From: a virus
DNA: 64,000 nt
IMG/VR virus record: IMGVR_UViG_3300047388_000163
Span: 3,132 to 67,131 of that record
Reading direction: 5' to 3' (one strand)
Within the stretch, counting starts at the first letter, position 1; every line of letters starts with the position of its first letter. Made by a program: the position numbers and the translations under genes. Below, one piece after another: positions 1 to 9,847 of this stretch. The notes beneath the pieces are model-generated. The model had not been told where the DNA came from, ran no database searches, and saw only the letters and a list, made by a program, of their open reading frames with translations.

Positions 1-26
1 TTTCAAGAGAAGAGGCTCAGAACAAA

Positions 27-569
27 ATGATGGACATCACGAGGAAGCTTGAACTGATCGCGAATCTTAAGCCGGGAGATCCATGGCCTTCTGCGGATCT
101 CGGCGGCAATGAGTTCAACTATGCTCCTGCCATTAGCGCGATGTGCGCTGAGGCGCGGGCTGAGATCCAGCGGTTGCGACAGGACGAGGAATCGTCATAT
201 TCTGCGTGGTTATCTATCTTCACGCCAAGTCGCATAGGTGAGCCAATGAAGGTATTCGGGAAAACCGCTACTCAGGTCATTGTTGATGATCCGCACGAAC
301 CAATGACCGACCAAGACAGAGCATTCGTGGCCGCACATATGGCCGATACTGCGGAGAACGCAGAATACAAGAATGCTGTTCGTATGCTGAATGATCCAAA
401 AACTGTATCTGATCTTGGGCCGTTCGCCGTCAATCAAGTGAGAGCATCCATTGTTCAATATGAGAAAACCGGAGAATGGAAGAATTGGTGGCAGCAGCAA
501 GCCACGGCTGAGCCGTCGCCCGAGCCATGGGGCAGTCCCTTCGCGATGAACACGGAGAACTGGAAATGA
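27..569 (+). CDS. hypothetical phage protein
   Basis: 180 aa ORF; GAGG upstream; ATGA overlap with next gene. Confidence 0.7.
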   Translation: MMDITRKLELIANLKPGDPWPSADLGGNEFNYAPAISAMCAEARAEIQRLRQDEESSYSAWLSIFTPSRIGEPMKVFGKTATQVIVDDPHEPMTDQDRAFVAAHMADTAENAEYKNAVRMLNDPKTVSDLGPFAVNQVRASIVQYEKTGEWKNWWQQQATAEPSPEPWGSPFAMNTENWK

Positions 570-838
570 CAGACATTGTTGAGAAGCTGAAAGACCGTCG
601 CGCTATTGATGGTTCGGTGACTTTTGTTGAGATGAGCGAACAGGTGCTGGACGACGCGATTTATGAAATCGAGCGCCTTCGCAACACGATCGCCCAACTC
701 CGAGCGGTATCCGGTGCCGTCTCGGTTGAGGGGCACAGCTACGCGGATATCAGGCGTAGCGTGCGGACCAGTGATATTGATGGTTCTGCGATTATGGATG
801 GCATGTCTTTCATTGCTCCAGAAGATAGTAAATCATGA
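566..838 (+). CDS. hypothetical protein (MTDIVEKL...DAIYEIERLR type)
   Basis: GGAG RBS, ATGA coupling, common small phage protein motif. Confidence 0.65.
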   Translation: MTDIVEKLKDRRAIDGSVTFVEMSEQVLDDAIYEIERLRNTIAQLRAVSGAVSVEGHSYADIRRSVRTSDIDGSAIMDGMSFIAPEDSKS

Positions 839-1080
839 AAAATCCCCGAATCATCACAGGCCAAGGTCCTCTGATTGTCCCCAAGACCATGCCAGTGGGC
901 GGTGACGATTGCGTAAAGCTGCTGGAGAGCGCCAAGAATGGCGACATGTCTTGGCTGGTGGTCATTGCCGGAGGTCCGAGCGACTACGGCATGGCGATGG
1001 CCGGCAGCAATGCGGCGCAGATGAATCTGGGCATTGATGTCGCCAAGCAGGAAATTCTGGGGCGAGTGAAGGCGCGATGA
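835..1080 (+). CDS. hypothetical protein
   Basis: ATGA overlaps at both ends. Confidence 0.65.
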   Translation: MKNPRIITGQGPLIVPKTMPVGGDDCVKLLESAKNGDMSWLVVIAGGPSDYGMAMAGSNAAQMNLGIDVAKQEILGRVKAR

Positions 1081-1307
1081 GCGAGATGGAGGCATCCAAC
1101 GAAGTATTTCTGGCCAAAGCCGCCGAGATTTATGACGATGGCTATACGTGGGTACACCAGTTCCTGTATCTCGCCGATGTTTCCGAGAGAACCTTGCGCA
1201 GATGGCAGGATGGCCAGCGAATACCTGGACCTGTGCGGGCGATGATTTTGGCTCATGAGAAATGCCGTAAGAATGGCATTCCCATGACCCGAAATGCGTA
1301 TGCGTAA
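1077..1307 (+). CDS. small HTH DNA-binding protein
   Basis: LADVSERTLRRWQDG.RIPGPV helix-turn-helix signature. Confidence 0.65.
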   Translation: MSEMEASNEVFLAKAAEIYDDGYTWVHQFLYLADVSERTLRRWQDGQRIPGPVRAMILAHEKCRKNGIPMTRNAYA

Positions 1308-1592
1308 CGCCAACACATGCCAATGCGGGCGGCCGATTAAGGTCTTTCGGCGTGGTGGCGCTCGTAATCCCGCATTGGACCATGATTTATGCCAGCAGTG
1401 CTGGCGAGCAGCGCAGAATAGCAACCGGATGAAGCCAGATGCACCGAGGAAGGAAGCGGATGAGCCGGAATTATGGATTGGGCTCGAAACCTGACAAATG
1501 CCGATTATCGCCTCTGTCTCACGTTCCTTTTGCGATTGTGGGCTCTTGTGTAGTAATGCTCGGCCTCTGGTTCCTCCTTGGAGGATGAGACT

Positions 1593-1811
1593 ATGAACAC
1601 AATTATCATTATGTTGACGGGATTTATTTCGATGCCGTCATGTATCGTTGTGGCTGAGGATCATTCTCAGGTTCAATGGGCTTCAATGATTAATTCGTTG
1701 ACTATAACTTCTGGTAATTCAGTACGCGTATTTTGGAAATGCAACGGACAAAATGATGAGGGTAAAATTTTTACTCTTGCTGGCGCTGATAGTATTGAAA
1801 TAGAGCGCTGA
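1593..1811 (+). CDS. AT-rich hypothetical protein (moron-like)
   Basis: GGAGG upstream; visibly AT-richer than flanks. Confidence 0.5.
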   Translation: MNTIIIMLTGFISMPSCIVVAEDHSQVQWASMINSLTITSGNSVRVFWKCNGQNDEGKIFTLAGADSIEIER

Positions 1812-1812
1812 A

Positions 1813-4056
1813 ATGGCCGATCCAGCCCAAGACATTCATGTAGTCATCGAAGATGATCCTGACGACAGCGTTCGAGTCGTTGATGGCAACATCGAAATTG
1901 CCCAGCCGGACGGTGGGGTTGTTATCCAGTTCAATCCAACGCCGGATTCTGATCTTGAAACCGAAAATCCGGCCGACTTTTATAAGAATATCGCCGGTAA
2001 ACTGAGCGAAAGTGAGCGCTTGACGATCGCCAATGAACTCATTGAGGCGATTCAGGCTGATGATTTATCCCGCCAGCCGTCATTAGCCAACCGCACCAAG
2101 GGCATGGACATGCTTGGGCTGCAGATTGCCGATCCACGGTCTGGGGATGGCGCTGCGCTCATGGACGGCATGTCAGTGGTGACCAATCCATTGCTTCTGG
2201 AGGCTATCCTCAAGGATTGGGCGAACGCTCAGGCTGAGTTTCTGCCGGCGGGCGGACCCTGCAAGGTTGAAGACTTCGGCGACGACCCAGAAGAGACCAG
2301 AGACGAACTCGCCGACGCTTTCGAGCGGGATATGAACTACTTTCTGACCTCGATTGATACGAGTTACGCGCCTGAGACCTCGCATATGCTGCTGTGGGGG
2401 CGCGCTTTTGGGGGTGCCGGGTTCAAAAAAGTCTACATGCACCCAATGAAAAAGCGCCCGACGACTGAATCGGTGGATCAGAAAGACCTGATCGTTTCGG
2501 ACGCTACCAAGGATTTCAAATCCTGCGAGCGGATCACCCATCAGATTCCCATGCGCCAATCGGTCATGAAGCGCATGCAGAAAAAGGGGCTATACCTCAA
2601 TACGTCGCTGACGCCTCCGACTCAAACCGCCAATATGGTTGATGAGAAAACTGCGGCCATACAGGGTATTGCTGCGGTGCAATCGAGGCCTGAGGATCAG
2701 CCGTATACGCTTTACGAGACGCAGTGCGAGCTTGAGCTTGACCAATTCGCCCCAAAGGACATGCAAGGCCTCGCGTTACCGTATCTCGTGACGATCGACA
2801 AAGATTCGCAGCAGATGCTTGCGTTGCGTCGGGACTGGAAGCCTGAAGATGAGGAATGCCAGCGGAAGAGGATGTACGTCAAATATCCGTATGTGCCGGG
2901 GCCGGGGTTTTTCGGAACGGGGTTGCTCCATATTCTCGGCAACTCTGCTGACGCGCTGACCGCAGCATGGCGCCTATCCCTGGATGCTGGTTTCCTCGCC
3001 AACTTTCCGGCGTTTTTGATTGCAGCGCTCGGGGGAAGACAGAAAACCTCGGATTTGGTGCTTCAGGCTGGCACCGGAACGCCGATTGAGACAAATGGGC
3101 AGCCAATCTCGGATATCGTCGCCAACCTGCCATACCGTGAGGCTGGTCCCGGCTTGATGGATTTGATCAAACAGATAACCGAACAGGCCAAGAGCGTCGG
3201 TTTGGCTGCGGAAATCCCAGTAGGCGAGGGCATCAAGGATATCCCAGTCGGGACCATGCTCGCGCATATCGAGATGGCGACCAAGTTAATGGCGGCCACC
3301 CATAAGCTTGGCCACGAAGCCCAAGCTGAGGAAATTGGACTTATAGCCGATCTATTTCGCGAGATGCCGCAGTCATTTTGGAAAGGCAACAAGTCTAAAT
3401 TCGCCAAGCAATTCGGGTGGACTGAGGAAAAGCTGCTTCAGGCGCTGGATACCGTTACCTTGGTGCCGAAATCAGATCCGAATATTCCCAGCCATATCCA
3501 CCGTCAGATGCGCGCTGTGGCGCTAGTTGAGCTTAAATCTGGCCCTCTTGGTGGCCGTATGGATGAGGATGAAACCCTTAGACGAGTTCTTGCTGCAATG
3601 AGAGAGGATCCAAAAGGACTGATCAAGCCGCCAGATCCTCAAACTGGGCCGAATCCAGACCAAATAACGGCTCAAGCCAAGATGTTGGATGCCCAGACGA
3701 AGGCCAAAAAGCTTGAGACCGTGGAGGCTCCGAAGGTCCAACAGGATCAGCAGCAAATGGACGCTGATATCAAAGGCAAAACCATTGATATGGCGAAGGA
3801 ATTGGTGATTCATGGTGCCGATCAGGAAAAGATCAAGGCCGATCAAGCCAAGGGTACAGCAGAATTAGGTTTGAAGGCTCACCAGCAAGCCCATGACCAG
3901 ACGATGGCCAAAGCTGAACATGGGTTGAACGTTGGTAAGGCGGCGCATGAAGCTGCGTTAGGAACGCATCAAGCCATTTTGGACACCGCAGAGGCCATGA
4001 AGCCAGAACCTGAGCCAACCGCACCAGCGGCTAAACCGAAGAAGCCGAAGCAATGA
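1813..4056 (+). CDS. portal protein
   Basis: 747 aa, head module start; NPLLLEA, PAGGPCK, GAGFKKVY, YVPGPGFFGTGL motifs typical of P22/HTVC010P-like portals; long helical C-terminal tail. Confidence 0.85.
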   Translation: MADPAQDIHVVIEDDPDDSVRVVDGNIEIAQPDGGVVIQFNPTPDSDLETENPADFYKNIAGKLSESERLTIANELIEAIQADDLSRQPSLANRTKGMDMLGLQIADPRSGDGAALMDGMSVVTNPLLLEAILKDWANAQAEFLPAGGPCKVEDFGDDPEETRDELADAFERDMNYFLTSIDTSYAPETSHMLLWGRAFGGAGFKKVYMHPMKKRPTTESVDQKDLIVSDATKDFKSCERITHQIPMRQSVMKRMQKKGLYLNTSLTPPTQTANMVDEKTAAIQGIAAVQSRPEDQPYTLYETQCELELDQFAPKDMQGLALPYLVTIDKDSQQMLALRRDWKPEDEECQRKRMYVKYPYVPGPGFFGTGLLHILGNSADALTAAWRLSLDAGFLANFPAFLIAALGGRQKTSDLVLQAGTGTPIETNGQPISDIVANLPYREAGPGLMDLIKQITEQAKSVGLAAEIPVGEGIKDIPVGTMLAHIEMATKLMAATHKLGHEAQAEEIGLIADLFREMPQSFWKGNKSKFAKQFGWTEEKLLQALDTVTLVPKSDPNIPSHIHRQMRAVALVELKSGPLGGRMDEDETLRRVLAAMREDPKGLIKPPDPQTGPNPDQITAQAKMLDAQTKAKKLETVEAPKVQQDQQQMDADIKGKTIDMAKELVIHGADQEKIKADQAKGTAELGLKAHQQAHDQTMAKAEHGLNVGKAAHEAALGTHQAILDTAEAMKPEPEPTAPAAKPKKPKQ

Positions 4057-4298
4057 CAGTAAGCCTTAAAAACATTGGCGAAGCGATGTATGGTGATCAG
4101 TGGATTAACCCTATGGCTGATGATTTAGAGGTTTCTCAAAGAACTATGAGGCGGTGGGCAACGGGGACTTCCGAAATACCTGTGGGAGTTTGGGAAGATT
4201 TGCTTACGTTGATGCTGCTTCGCCGGATGGCTCTGGATGATAATATTCTGGCCATAAAGGCGAATTTCTTGCCGAAATCACAAATCGGTGCGATATAA
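4053..4298 (+). CDS. small HTH DNA-binding protein
   Basis: MADDLEVSQRTMRRWATGTSEIP; similar to 1077-1307. Confidence 0.65.
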   Translation: MTVSLKNIGEAMYGDQWINPMADDLEVSQRTMRRWATGTSEIPVGVWEDLLTLMLLRRMALDDNILAIKANFLPKSQIGAI

Positions 4299-4324
4299 GA
4301 CTTGACAGCCGCTAGGAGCGCAAA

Positions 4325-5515
4325 ATGGGCCACCCTTACGCAGAGCACCGGCAAACGAAAAAAGAACACTCAAGGGTGAGCCACATCACCAAGGGCTACA
4401 AGTCAGGCGGTGCTGTACATGGCGCAAAAGCCATCGGTAAGAAAGCCTTGGCGCTCCACCGTGAAGAACACGCCGAACTGCACGCTGAGGGCGGCAAATC
4501 CAAGCATCGTATGGACCGTCCGAAACGAGCCAAGGGTGGCAAGATCCACCGGGATTCCGGTGGAGATGTCAGCCCGGTCAAGATGACGCCTGATTCTCTG
4601 CTGGCGGAAGCTCAGCGCCGTCATGATCAAGCTGTTCAGCAAGGGCGATCGTCTACCTTGACAGGCCAATTATACAAGTTGCAAGGCGAGAAGCCTTCTC
4701 GGGCCAAGGGCGGCAAGGTCAAGGGCAAGCACGACGCCAAGACGATTATCAATGTGGTATCTGGCGGTCATCCTGCAGGCGGCGCTATCCCCGCTGGCCC
4801 GCCAATGGCTCCCCCAGCCCCGCCGATGGGCATTGTGCCGGCAACTATGGCACCGCCTCCGATGGCCGCGAAGCCGCCCATGATGCCTCCTGGCGCTGGC
4901 GCACCGCCTTCAATGCCGATGAGGGAGAGAGGTGGCAAAATTCACCGGGCTTCCGGCGGCAAGATGCCGTCCGCTGAGGATATCGTTGCTTCCAACAAAA
5001 GAATGGTTCCTTCTGGTGGTATGTCCCCAGAAGAGGCAATGAGGAGAATTGAGGAAGCCACCCAAAAGCCCATGCAAAAAGCCCGCGGCGGCAAGGTCAC
5101 CAAGGGAACGAAGGTTTTCGAAGAAGGCCAGCGCAATGGGACGCCTGTCCAGCATATGCGTGGCAAGGGCGACCTTGAGCAGATGGGGCGCGGGAAACAA
5201 GTTACATTCGAATCGGGTGGCCGCGTTCGGTCGTTTTATGCCAAGGGCGGCTCTGTGAAGAACCATACCGATCCCGGCGTGTCCGATCGGTTGCACATGG
5301 GGGAGAGGTTCAAGGCATCGCCCATGGAAATACGCGGACAGGATTCGAACACGACGAATGATCCGACGATTGGTAAGCCAAATCGCGCTCGGGGTGGAAT
5401 GTGCCGGGCCAATGGCGGAATGGCTGACAAGGTGGCGGCCGCAACAAAATTGCCGGGCGGTTCCGGCGGCGGCGAGGCCCGTTTAGCCAAGGCGCATCGT
5501 GAGGCGCGGCGCTGA
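4325..5515 (+). CDS. basic low-complexity putative internal virion protein with 11 xAxGG-type motifs
   Basis: AGGAG RBS; YKSGG, RAKGG, RDSGG, RAKGG, RERGG, RASGG, KARGG, FESGG, YAKGG, RARGG, RANGG; Pro/Met-rich linker. Confidence 0.75.
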   Translation: MGHPYAEHRQTKKEHSRVSHITKGYKSGGAVHGAKAIGKKALALHREEHAELHAEGGKSKHRMDRPKRAKGGKIHRDSGGDVSPVKMTPDSLLAEAQRRHDQAVQQGRSSTLTGQLYKLQGEKPSRAKGGKVKGKHDAKTIINVVSGGHPAGGAIPAGPPMAPPAPPMGIVPATMAPPPMAAKPPMMPPGAGAPPSMPMRERGGKIHRASGGKMPSAEDIVASNKRMVPSGGMSPEEAMRRIEEATQKPMQKARGGKVTKGTKVFEEGQRNGTPVQHMRGKGDLEQMGRGKQVTFESGGRVRSFYAKGGSVKNHTDPGVSDRLHMGERFKASPMEIRGQDSNTTNDPTIGKPNRARGGMCRANGGMADKVAAATKLPGGSGGGEARLAKAHREARR

Positions 5516-5745
5516 TGGCTGTGACCCACCATCCACATGGCTCTGTGGTTACATTTGAGAAGGAAGACCACCCCAATCTCGCCCGCAATCTTGAGCGGGA
5601 GCTGCAGGCAGCCAAGGCGGCTTATATTGAGGGCCTGACTGCCTCGAAAGACTGGGGCGATTTCCAGAAGCGGCGGGGGCAGGTCGAAGGTATTGATCTG
5701 GCCATTTCCCTTTGCCAAGAGGCGCGAAAGAAGCTAGACGCATAA
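5515..5745 (+). CDS. conserved small head-module protein
   Basis: KDWGDFQKRRGQVEGI motif, as in small genes found between portal and GroES in this phage type. Confidence 0.65.
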   Translation: MAVTHHPHGSVVTFEKEDHPNLARNLERELQAAKAAYIEGLTASKDWGDFQKRRGQVEGIDLAISLCQEARKKLDA

Positions 5746-5782
5746 ACCGTGCCAGCATGGCACATAACGGGATGCATCCCAT

Positions 5783-6451
5783 ATGGTTCGAAGACTGATT
5801 AAGAAGCATGCCATACCTGCGCGCAAGTCTAAGCGTGGTGGCAAGGTAAATCCTCCAATTTTTCGCAAACATGTTCCGCAAGTTTTTGGCGAAGAAGAAG
5901 CCAAGATATTCGATATTCCCAAGCCTCCGATCGGTCTGGCTTACCAGTGGGTTCTCGCCGAGCATGTGAGGAAGTATCCGGGCTGGGTTCAGGTGCCGTT
6001 TGGACGCCATGTTCACGAGATGCCGCCAGACACCAATGATGATGGCGCGATCGTCTATCTGGGCAACATCTTGGTACAGCGAGAGCAGAGCTTGGTACAG
6101 GCCGAGCTAGTATTATCTCAACAGCACGCTCTCAAAAATCTGAAGGATCATCCAGCTTATCCGGGGAAAAAAGAGGGTGGTCCGTTTCGGATTCTATCCG
6201 AATCCTTCATGGTTTCTAGCCATTACGAGCGCGTCACTGGCCCATCAATCGTTGTGGATGTGACCATTCCGCTTCGAATGTCTACGCATTTGCAGGATAC
6301 AGCATCGGCGCTCGGTCTGACGGCGCAAGAATATCTGCAACGCAGCATTTCACTCTATGTCCGGGGTGAAACAGGCGGTTTGCTATTGCCCATTGATGGC
6401 GCAATGGAATTGCATCAAATTTACCTTAACGATCAGATGAGGAATAAATAA
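5783..6451 (+). CDS. head-module protein (YQW...GW.PVP..RH family, paralog 1)
   Basis: PPIGLAYQW, GWVQVPFGRH, GAIVYLGNIL. Confidence 0.65.
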   Translation: MVRRLIKKHAIPARKSKRGGKVNPPIFRKHVPQVFGEEEAKIFDIPKPPIGLAYQWVLAEHVRKYPGWVQVPFGRHVHEMPPDTNDDGAIVYLGNILVQREQSLVQAELVLSQQHALKNLKDHPAYPGKKEGGPFRILSESFMVSSHYERVTGPSIVVDVTIPLRMSTHLQDTASALGLTAQEYLQRSISLYVRGETGGLLLPIDGAMELHQIYLNDQMRNK

Positions 6452-6873
6452 TGGCTCGTTCAAACGCCATCGGCAAAATGCGTGAGATTGCCGACGATAC
6501 CGAGACAGATCCGAAAGCGCTGTTGTTTGCGAAGGTCGGGGATATCCCGAGCGAACTCACCGTGCTGCATTCTCAAGTTCTGGTGGCTGGCTATATCCGG
6601 CCAGGCAAAACCAAAGGCGGGATTTTCCTGACCGATAAGTCGGTTGAGGAAGATCGCTGGCAGGGCAACATCGGGCTTGTGCTGGCGCTCGGGAAGGGCG
6701 CCTTCAAGGATGACGGCGTTGCTCATTTCCACGGCGACAAGCTGAAAGTCGGCGATTGGGTCATGTATACCCCGGCCGATGGGGTGAGCATGTTTATCCG
6801 CGAGGTTCCATGCCGGTTGTTTCAGGACACCCGCATTTTGATGAAGGTCAGCAATCCGGAGATCTATTACTGA
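6451..6873 (+). CDS. groES: phage co-chaperonin GroES-like protein
   Basis: KTKGGIFL, GLVLALGKGAF, LKVGDWVMY, RLFQDTRIL. Confidence 0.85.
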   Translation: MARSNAIGKMREIADDTETDPKALLFAKVGDIPSELTVLHSQVLVAGYIRPGKTKGGIFLTDKSVEEDRWQGNIGLVLALGKGAFKDDGVAHFHGDKLKVGDWVMYTPADGVSMFIREVPCRLFQDTRILMKVSNPEIYY

Positions 6874-7211
6874 TGGATGGCCGATCGGGATTTTTGAACG
6901 AACCACATGATGCGGTGCCTTCCGTTTTTATTCAATGGAAGGGTACCGATGTTTGCATGGATTTTTACTGCGATTGTGGAGCGCATGGGCATTTTGATGG
7001 CGATTTCGCCTATGCTGTGAAGTGCCAACATTGCAGCCAAGTTTGGGAAATGCCATGCCAAATATACCCTCGAAAAGCTAGCACTTCTGTGACTGATCCA
7101 TATTGGATTGAAAACGCCAAGCTTCTTGAAGCTGATGAAGATTTTTGCCATCAGATAGAGACTAACGGCGTGATTGAATTCGTTCCTCATCCCGTACCGA
7201 AGGCGGAATAG
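6873..7211 (+). CDS. hypothetical protein, Zn-ribbon-like
   Basis: IQWKGTDVCMDFYCDCG...CQHC; TGATG coupling. Confidence 0.65.
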   Translation: MDGRSGFLNEPHDAVPSVFIQWKGTDVCMDFYCDCGAHGHFDGDFAYAVKCQHCSQVWEMPCQIYPRKASTSVTDPYWIENAKLLEADEDFCHQIETNGVIEFVPHPVPKAE

Positions 7212-7213
7212 TC

Positions 7214-8194
7214 ATGGCTGACCTAGACGACGATGCAATTGTGGTAACGCTGCCAGCGGATGGTGATGGCACAATCACCAAGATCGAAGGCGAGACGACG
7301 AAAACGGTCGTTACTGCGGATCCGTTGGAGGATCTGAAAGACCAGTTCACGAAGGCAACCCAGCGGGCGACAGCAGCCGAGATAGCCAGCCAGCAGACAG
7401 CGCGGCGTCTTGAAGAAGTCACTCAAGAGCTGCAGACCACCAAGACTGCGGTAACCGAAAGCCAGCTTGATACGGTGCTGAGCGGCATCCAGGCGGCAAC
7501 GGCTGAGGCAGATGCTGCTGAGAAGGATTATATTGCGGCCCATGAATCCGGCGATGGACCGGCGATGGCGCGGGCGCAACGCAAGATGGCGACCGCTGAG
7601 GCCCACGTACAGCGCCTTAACGAGGCTAAGGGCGACCTTGAGGAAGCCAAGTCCGCAAAGCCCGTCACTCGCGTAGAACGCCGCCCAGAGCCTCGCCAGC
7701 AGCCTACGGATAAGGTAGAGCAGTTCGCCGCGCAGATGTCCCCGCGTAGCGCGGCATGGATCAGGGCTCACCCTGACTGCATTACGGACGACAAGAAGAA
7801 CAAGCGCATGTTGGCGGCGCACAATGATTGCCTTGCGGATGATATTGCGATCGATAGCGACGAGTATTTTGCGCGGATTGAGGCGCGAATCGCTGGCAGC
7901 GTCGCTAGGGTTGATCTGAAAACCGAACCAAAGCCCGACACATCAGGCAAGCGCCCGATCAGCGCGGCGGCATCAGGGGCGAATACAGGTGGCGGAATGA
8001 ATGGAGGCGGGACCGAGGTTAGGCTCACTCAGCGCGAGGTCACTGCGGCCACAGACGGCACGGTCTGCTGGAATTACGATGATCCGAAAGGTAAATTCAA
8101 GAAGGGGGATGCCGTGGGCGTCCAGGAATTCGCCCGCCGCAAGTCAATTATGAAGCGCGAAGGTCTGTATGACCGTGGAATCATAGATTCATGA
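7214..8194 (+). CDS. capsid scaffolding protein
   Basis: Acidic coiled coil, AAWIRAHP, SDEYFARI, VRLTQRE motifs; position before capsid. Confidence 0.7.
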   Translation: MADLDDDAIVVTLPADGDGTITKIEGETTKTVVTADPLEDLKDQFTKATQRATAAEIASQQTARRLEEVTQELQTTKTAVTESQLDTVLSGIQAATAEADAAEKDYIAAHESGDGPAMARAQRKMATAEAHVQRLNEAKGDLEEAKSAKPVTRVERRPEPRQQPTDKVEQFAAQMSPRSAAWIRAHPDCITDDKKNKRMLAAHNDCLADDIAIDSDEYFARIEARIAGSVARVDLKTEPKPDTSGKRPISAAASGANTGGGMNGGGTEVRLTQREVTAATDGTVCWNYDDPKGKFKKGDAVGVQEFARRKSIMKREGLYDRGIIDS

Positions 8195-8427
8195 GCAAAT
8201 CCACTCATCTATTGCGCGGAACTATACAGCACCCAGGGGATAACAATCTCACTGAGAAATCTCTACTTGAGTTTATGGAAACGATCAGACAGCCGTATAA
8301 GCTAACAACGCCGCATCTTGTGGTCACTCAGGAAGGCATCGATAATGTAAAAGCTCTGTGCGCCGAAGATCCTGAATATCGCAAGCGAGTTTTAGCTGAA
8401 TTTCCCCAACTTGAAGGCATCATATGA
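8191..8427 (+). CDS. hypothetical protein
   Basis: ATGA-coupled ORF. Confidence 0.55.
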   Translation: MSKSTHLLRGTIQHPGDNNLTEKSLLEFMETIRQPYKLTTPHLVVTQEGIDNVKALCAEDPEYRKRVLAEFPQLEGII

Positions 8428-9131
8428 AACCCGTTCGCGAGATAGTATCCCGAGAGATCATTGATGACCTATGGGGCGCTGGCTATACGATCCTGCCGCG
8501 CGCTCGTCATCCAGATCCGTTCCATGTGCCAGCTGAGATGGTGCCGCAGAGCAGATCGTATCAGTGGTTCGATCTGAAGCATGACAAGTTTCATTATGAG
8601 CATAATGGATGGGCACCGGTTTCAGCGTCACGTCACGATGGTTATTTTATGCCAGCGGGTTTCATCGGAGATATCGAGGTTAACGGCCTCGGTCTGTTCG
8701 AAAAGCCAAAGTTCGAGGTTGATGCCGAACGAGCTGAGAATACCGCCAAAGCCAAAAAGATGGTTGAGGACTGGGCGAAGAATACTGGCGCGTTGTTTGA
8801 GGGCGAATTCAAGATCGGCAATGAGCGTACCGCGATCGGTGCCACCAAGACGATTGAGGATACAACCAAGATTCCGCGCGAGTTGACGCCATACATTGCG
8901 CAGATATTTGAGGAACGCGACGCACTCTATAACGATCTGGTTGGACGCTGGAATAGTGGTGGCGAACTCACAAATTGGCAGAATGCCATAAAGGTGGCTT
9001 ATGAGCTTCAATTGTCATTTACGCCAGATGCTCCTCTAGGCCCTACGTTGAATCGCTTCATTCTGCCAACTGCCATCGAAAACATCCGCAAACGCATTGC
9101 CGAGGAGGCTACCAGTGGCCAAGCATCTTAA
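8424..9131 (+). CDS. head-module protein (YQW...GW.PV..RH family, paralog 2)
   Basis: PQSRSYQW, NGWAPVSASRH, GDIEVNGLGLFEKP. Confidence 0.7.
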   Translation: MKPVREIVSREIIDDLWGAGYTILPRARHPDPFHVPAEMVPQSRSYQWFDLKHDKFHYEHNGWAPVSASRHDGYFMPAGFIGDIEVNGLGLFEKPKFEVDAERAENTAKAKKMVEDWAKNTGALFEGEFKIGNERTAIGATKTIEDTTKIPRELTPYIAQIFEERDALYNDLVGRWNSGGELTNWQNAIKVAYELQLSFTPDAPLGPTLNRFILPTAIENIRKRIAEEATSGQAS

Positions 9132-9843
9132 TATAGACGACGGAGACGATATTGCGCCGCAGCCTCTTTCGGCCCAGCCAAATCCGGCTCCGTATGGGTA
9201 TCTCAAAGACGGTAAAACCCCTCGTGGAAGGCCAGGTCGCCCAGCGAAAGAACCGCCCGTTACTGTGCCACCGCATGCCGCTCAGGCTGGACCTCCGCTG
9301 CGCCGGAACAACCCTCGCCCCGTGCCACGGGAGCAGCCCCGCGAGATGGCGCGTGAGCCGAGCCGAGGCAATGCCCGCGTGATGGGCCGCGATGGCGAGG
9401 AGCTTGTGCGTATGAGGCCGGAATCTGGCGGGGATCTTTACGAGAAGGTCAAAGCGCCTCCGGGATGGACTTTTCAGTGGAACAGTGTTGCTGCACTCGG
9501 CAAGGAAATGGACGAGATACAGTTGCAGATGTGGGCCAATGGCTGGCGTCCTGTACCTTCGTCACGGTTCCCCGGCATGTACACTGCGCCGGGGTATGAA
9601 GGTCAGATTGTCGTCAAAGGATTGCGCCTTGAGGAACGTCCTGAGACATTGACGCAGGAAGCCCAGTATGAGGATCACATGCGAGCTCAGAAGCAGACGC
9701 GTGATCAGACGGACGCTCTGCGGCTTACACAGGCCAAACTTCCCGGCGCTGAGGTTGGTGCTCGTGGTAACCGTGTAGCTGTAAAAGTTGACCGCAGCTT
9801 CACTGCTGACATTCCCCGGCCCCAGCACATGATTGAGGAGTAG
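9115..9843 (+). CDS. head-module protein (FQW...GW.PVP..RF family, paralog 3)
   Basis: GAGGAGG RBS before GTG; APPGWTFQW, NGWRPVPSSRF, GQIVVKGLRLEERP. Confidence 0.7.
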   Translation: MAKHLNIDDGDDIAPQPLSAQPNPAPYGYLKDGKTPRGRPGRPAKEPPVTVPPHAAQAGPPLRRNNPRPVPREQPREMAREPSRGNARVMGRDGEELVRMRPESGGDLYEKVKAPPGWTFQWNSVAALGKEMDEIQLQMWANGWRPVPSSRFPGMYTAPGYEGQIVVKGLRLEERPETLTQEAQYEDHMRAQKQTRDQTDALRLTQAKLPGAEVGARGNRVAVKVDRSFTADIPRPQHMIEE

Positions 9844-9847
9844 TACA

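Noticed and set aside
240-300. ATQVIVDDPH as a terminase large subunit Walker B motif
   Set aside because: The ORF is only 180 aa with no Walker A or nuclease motifs
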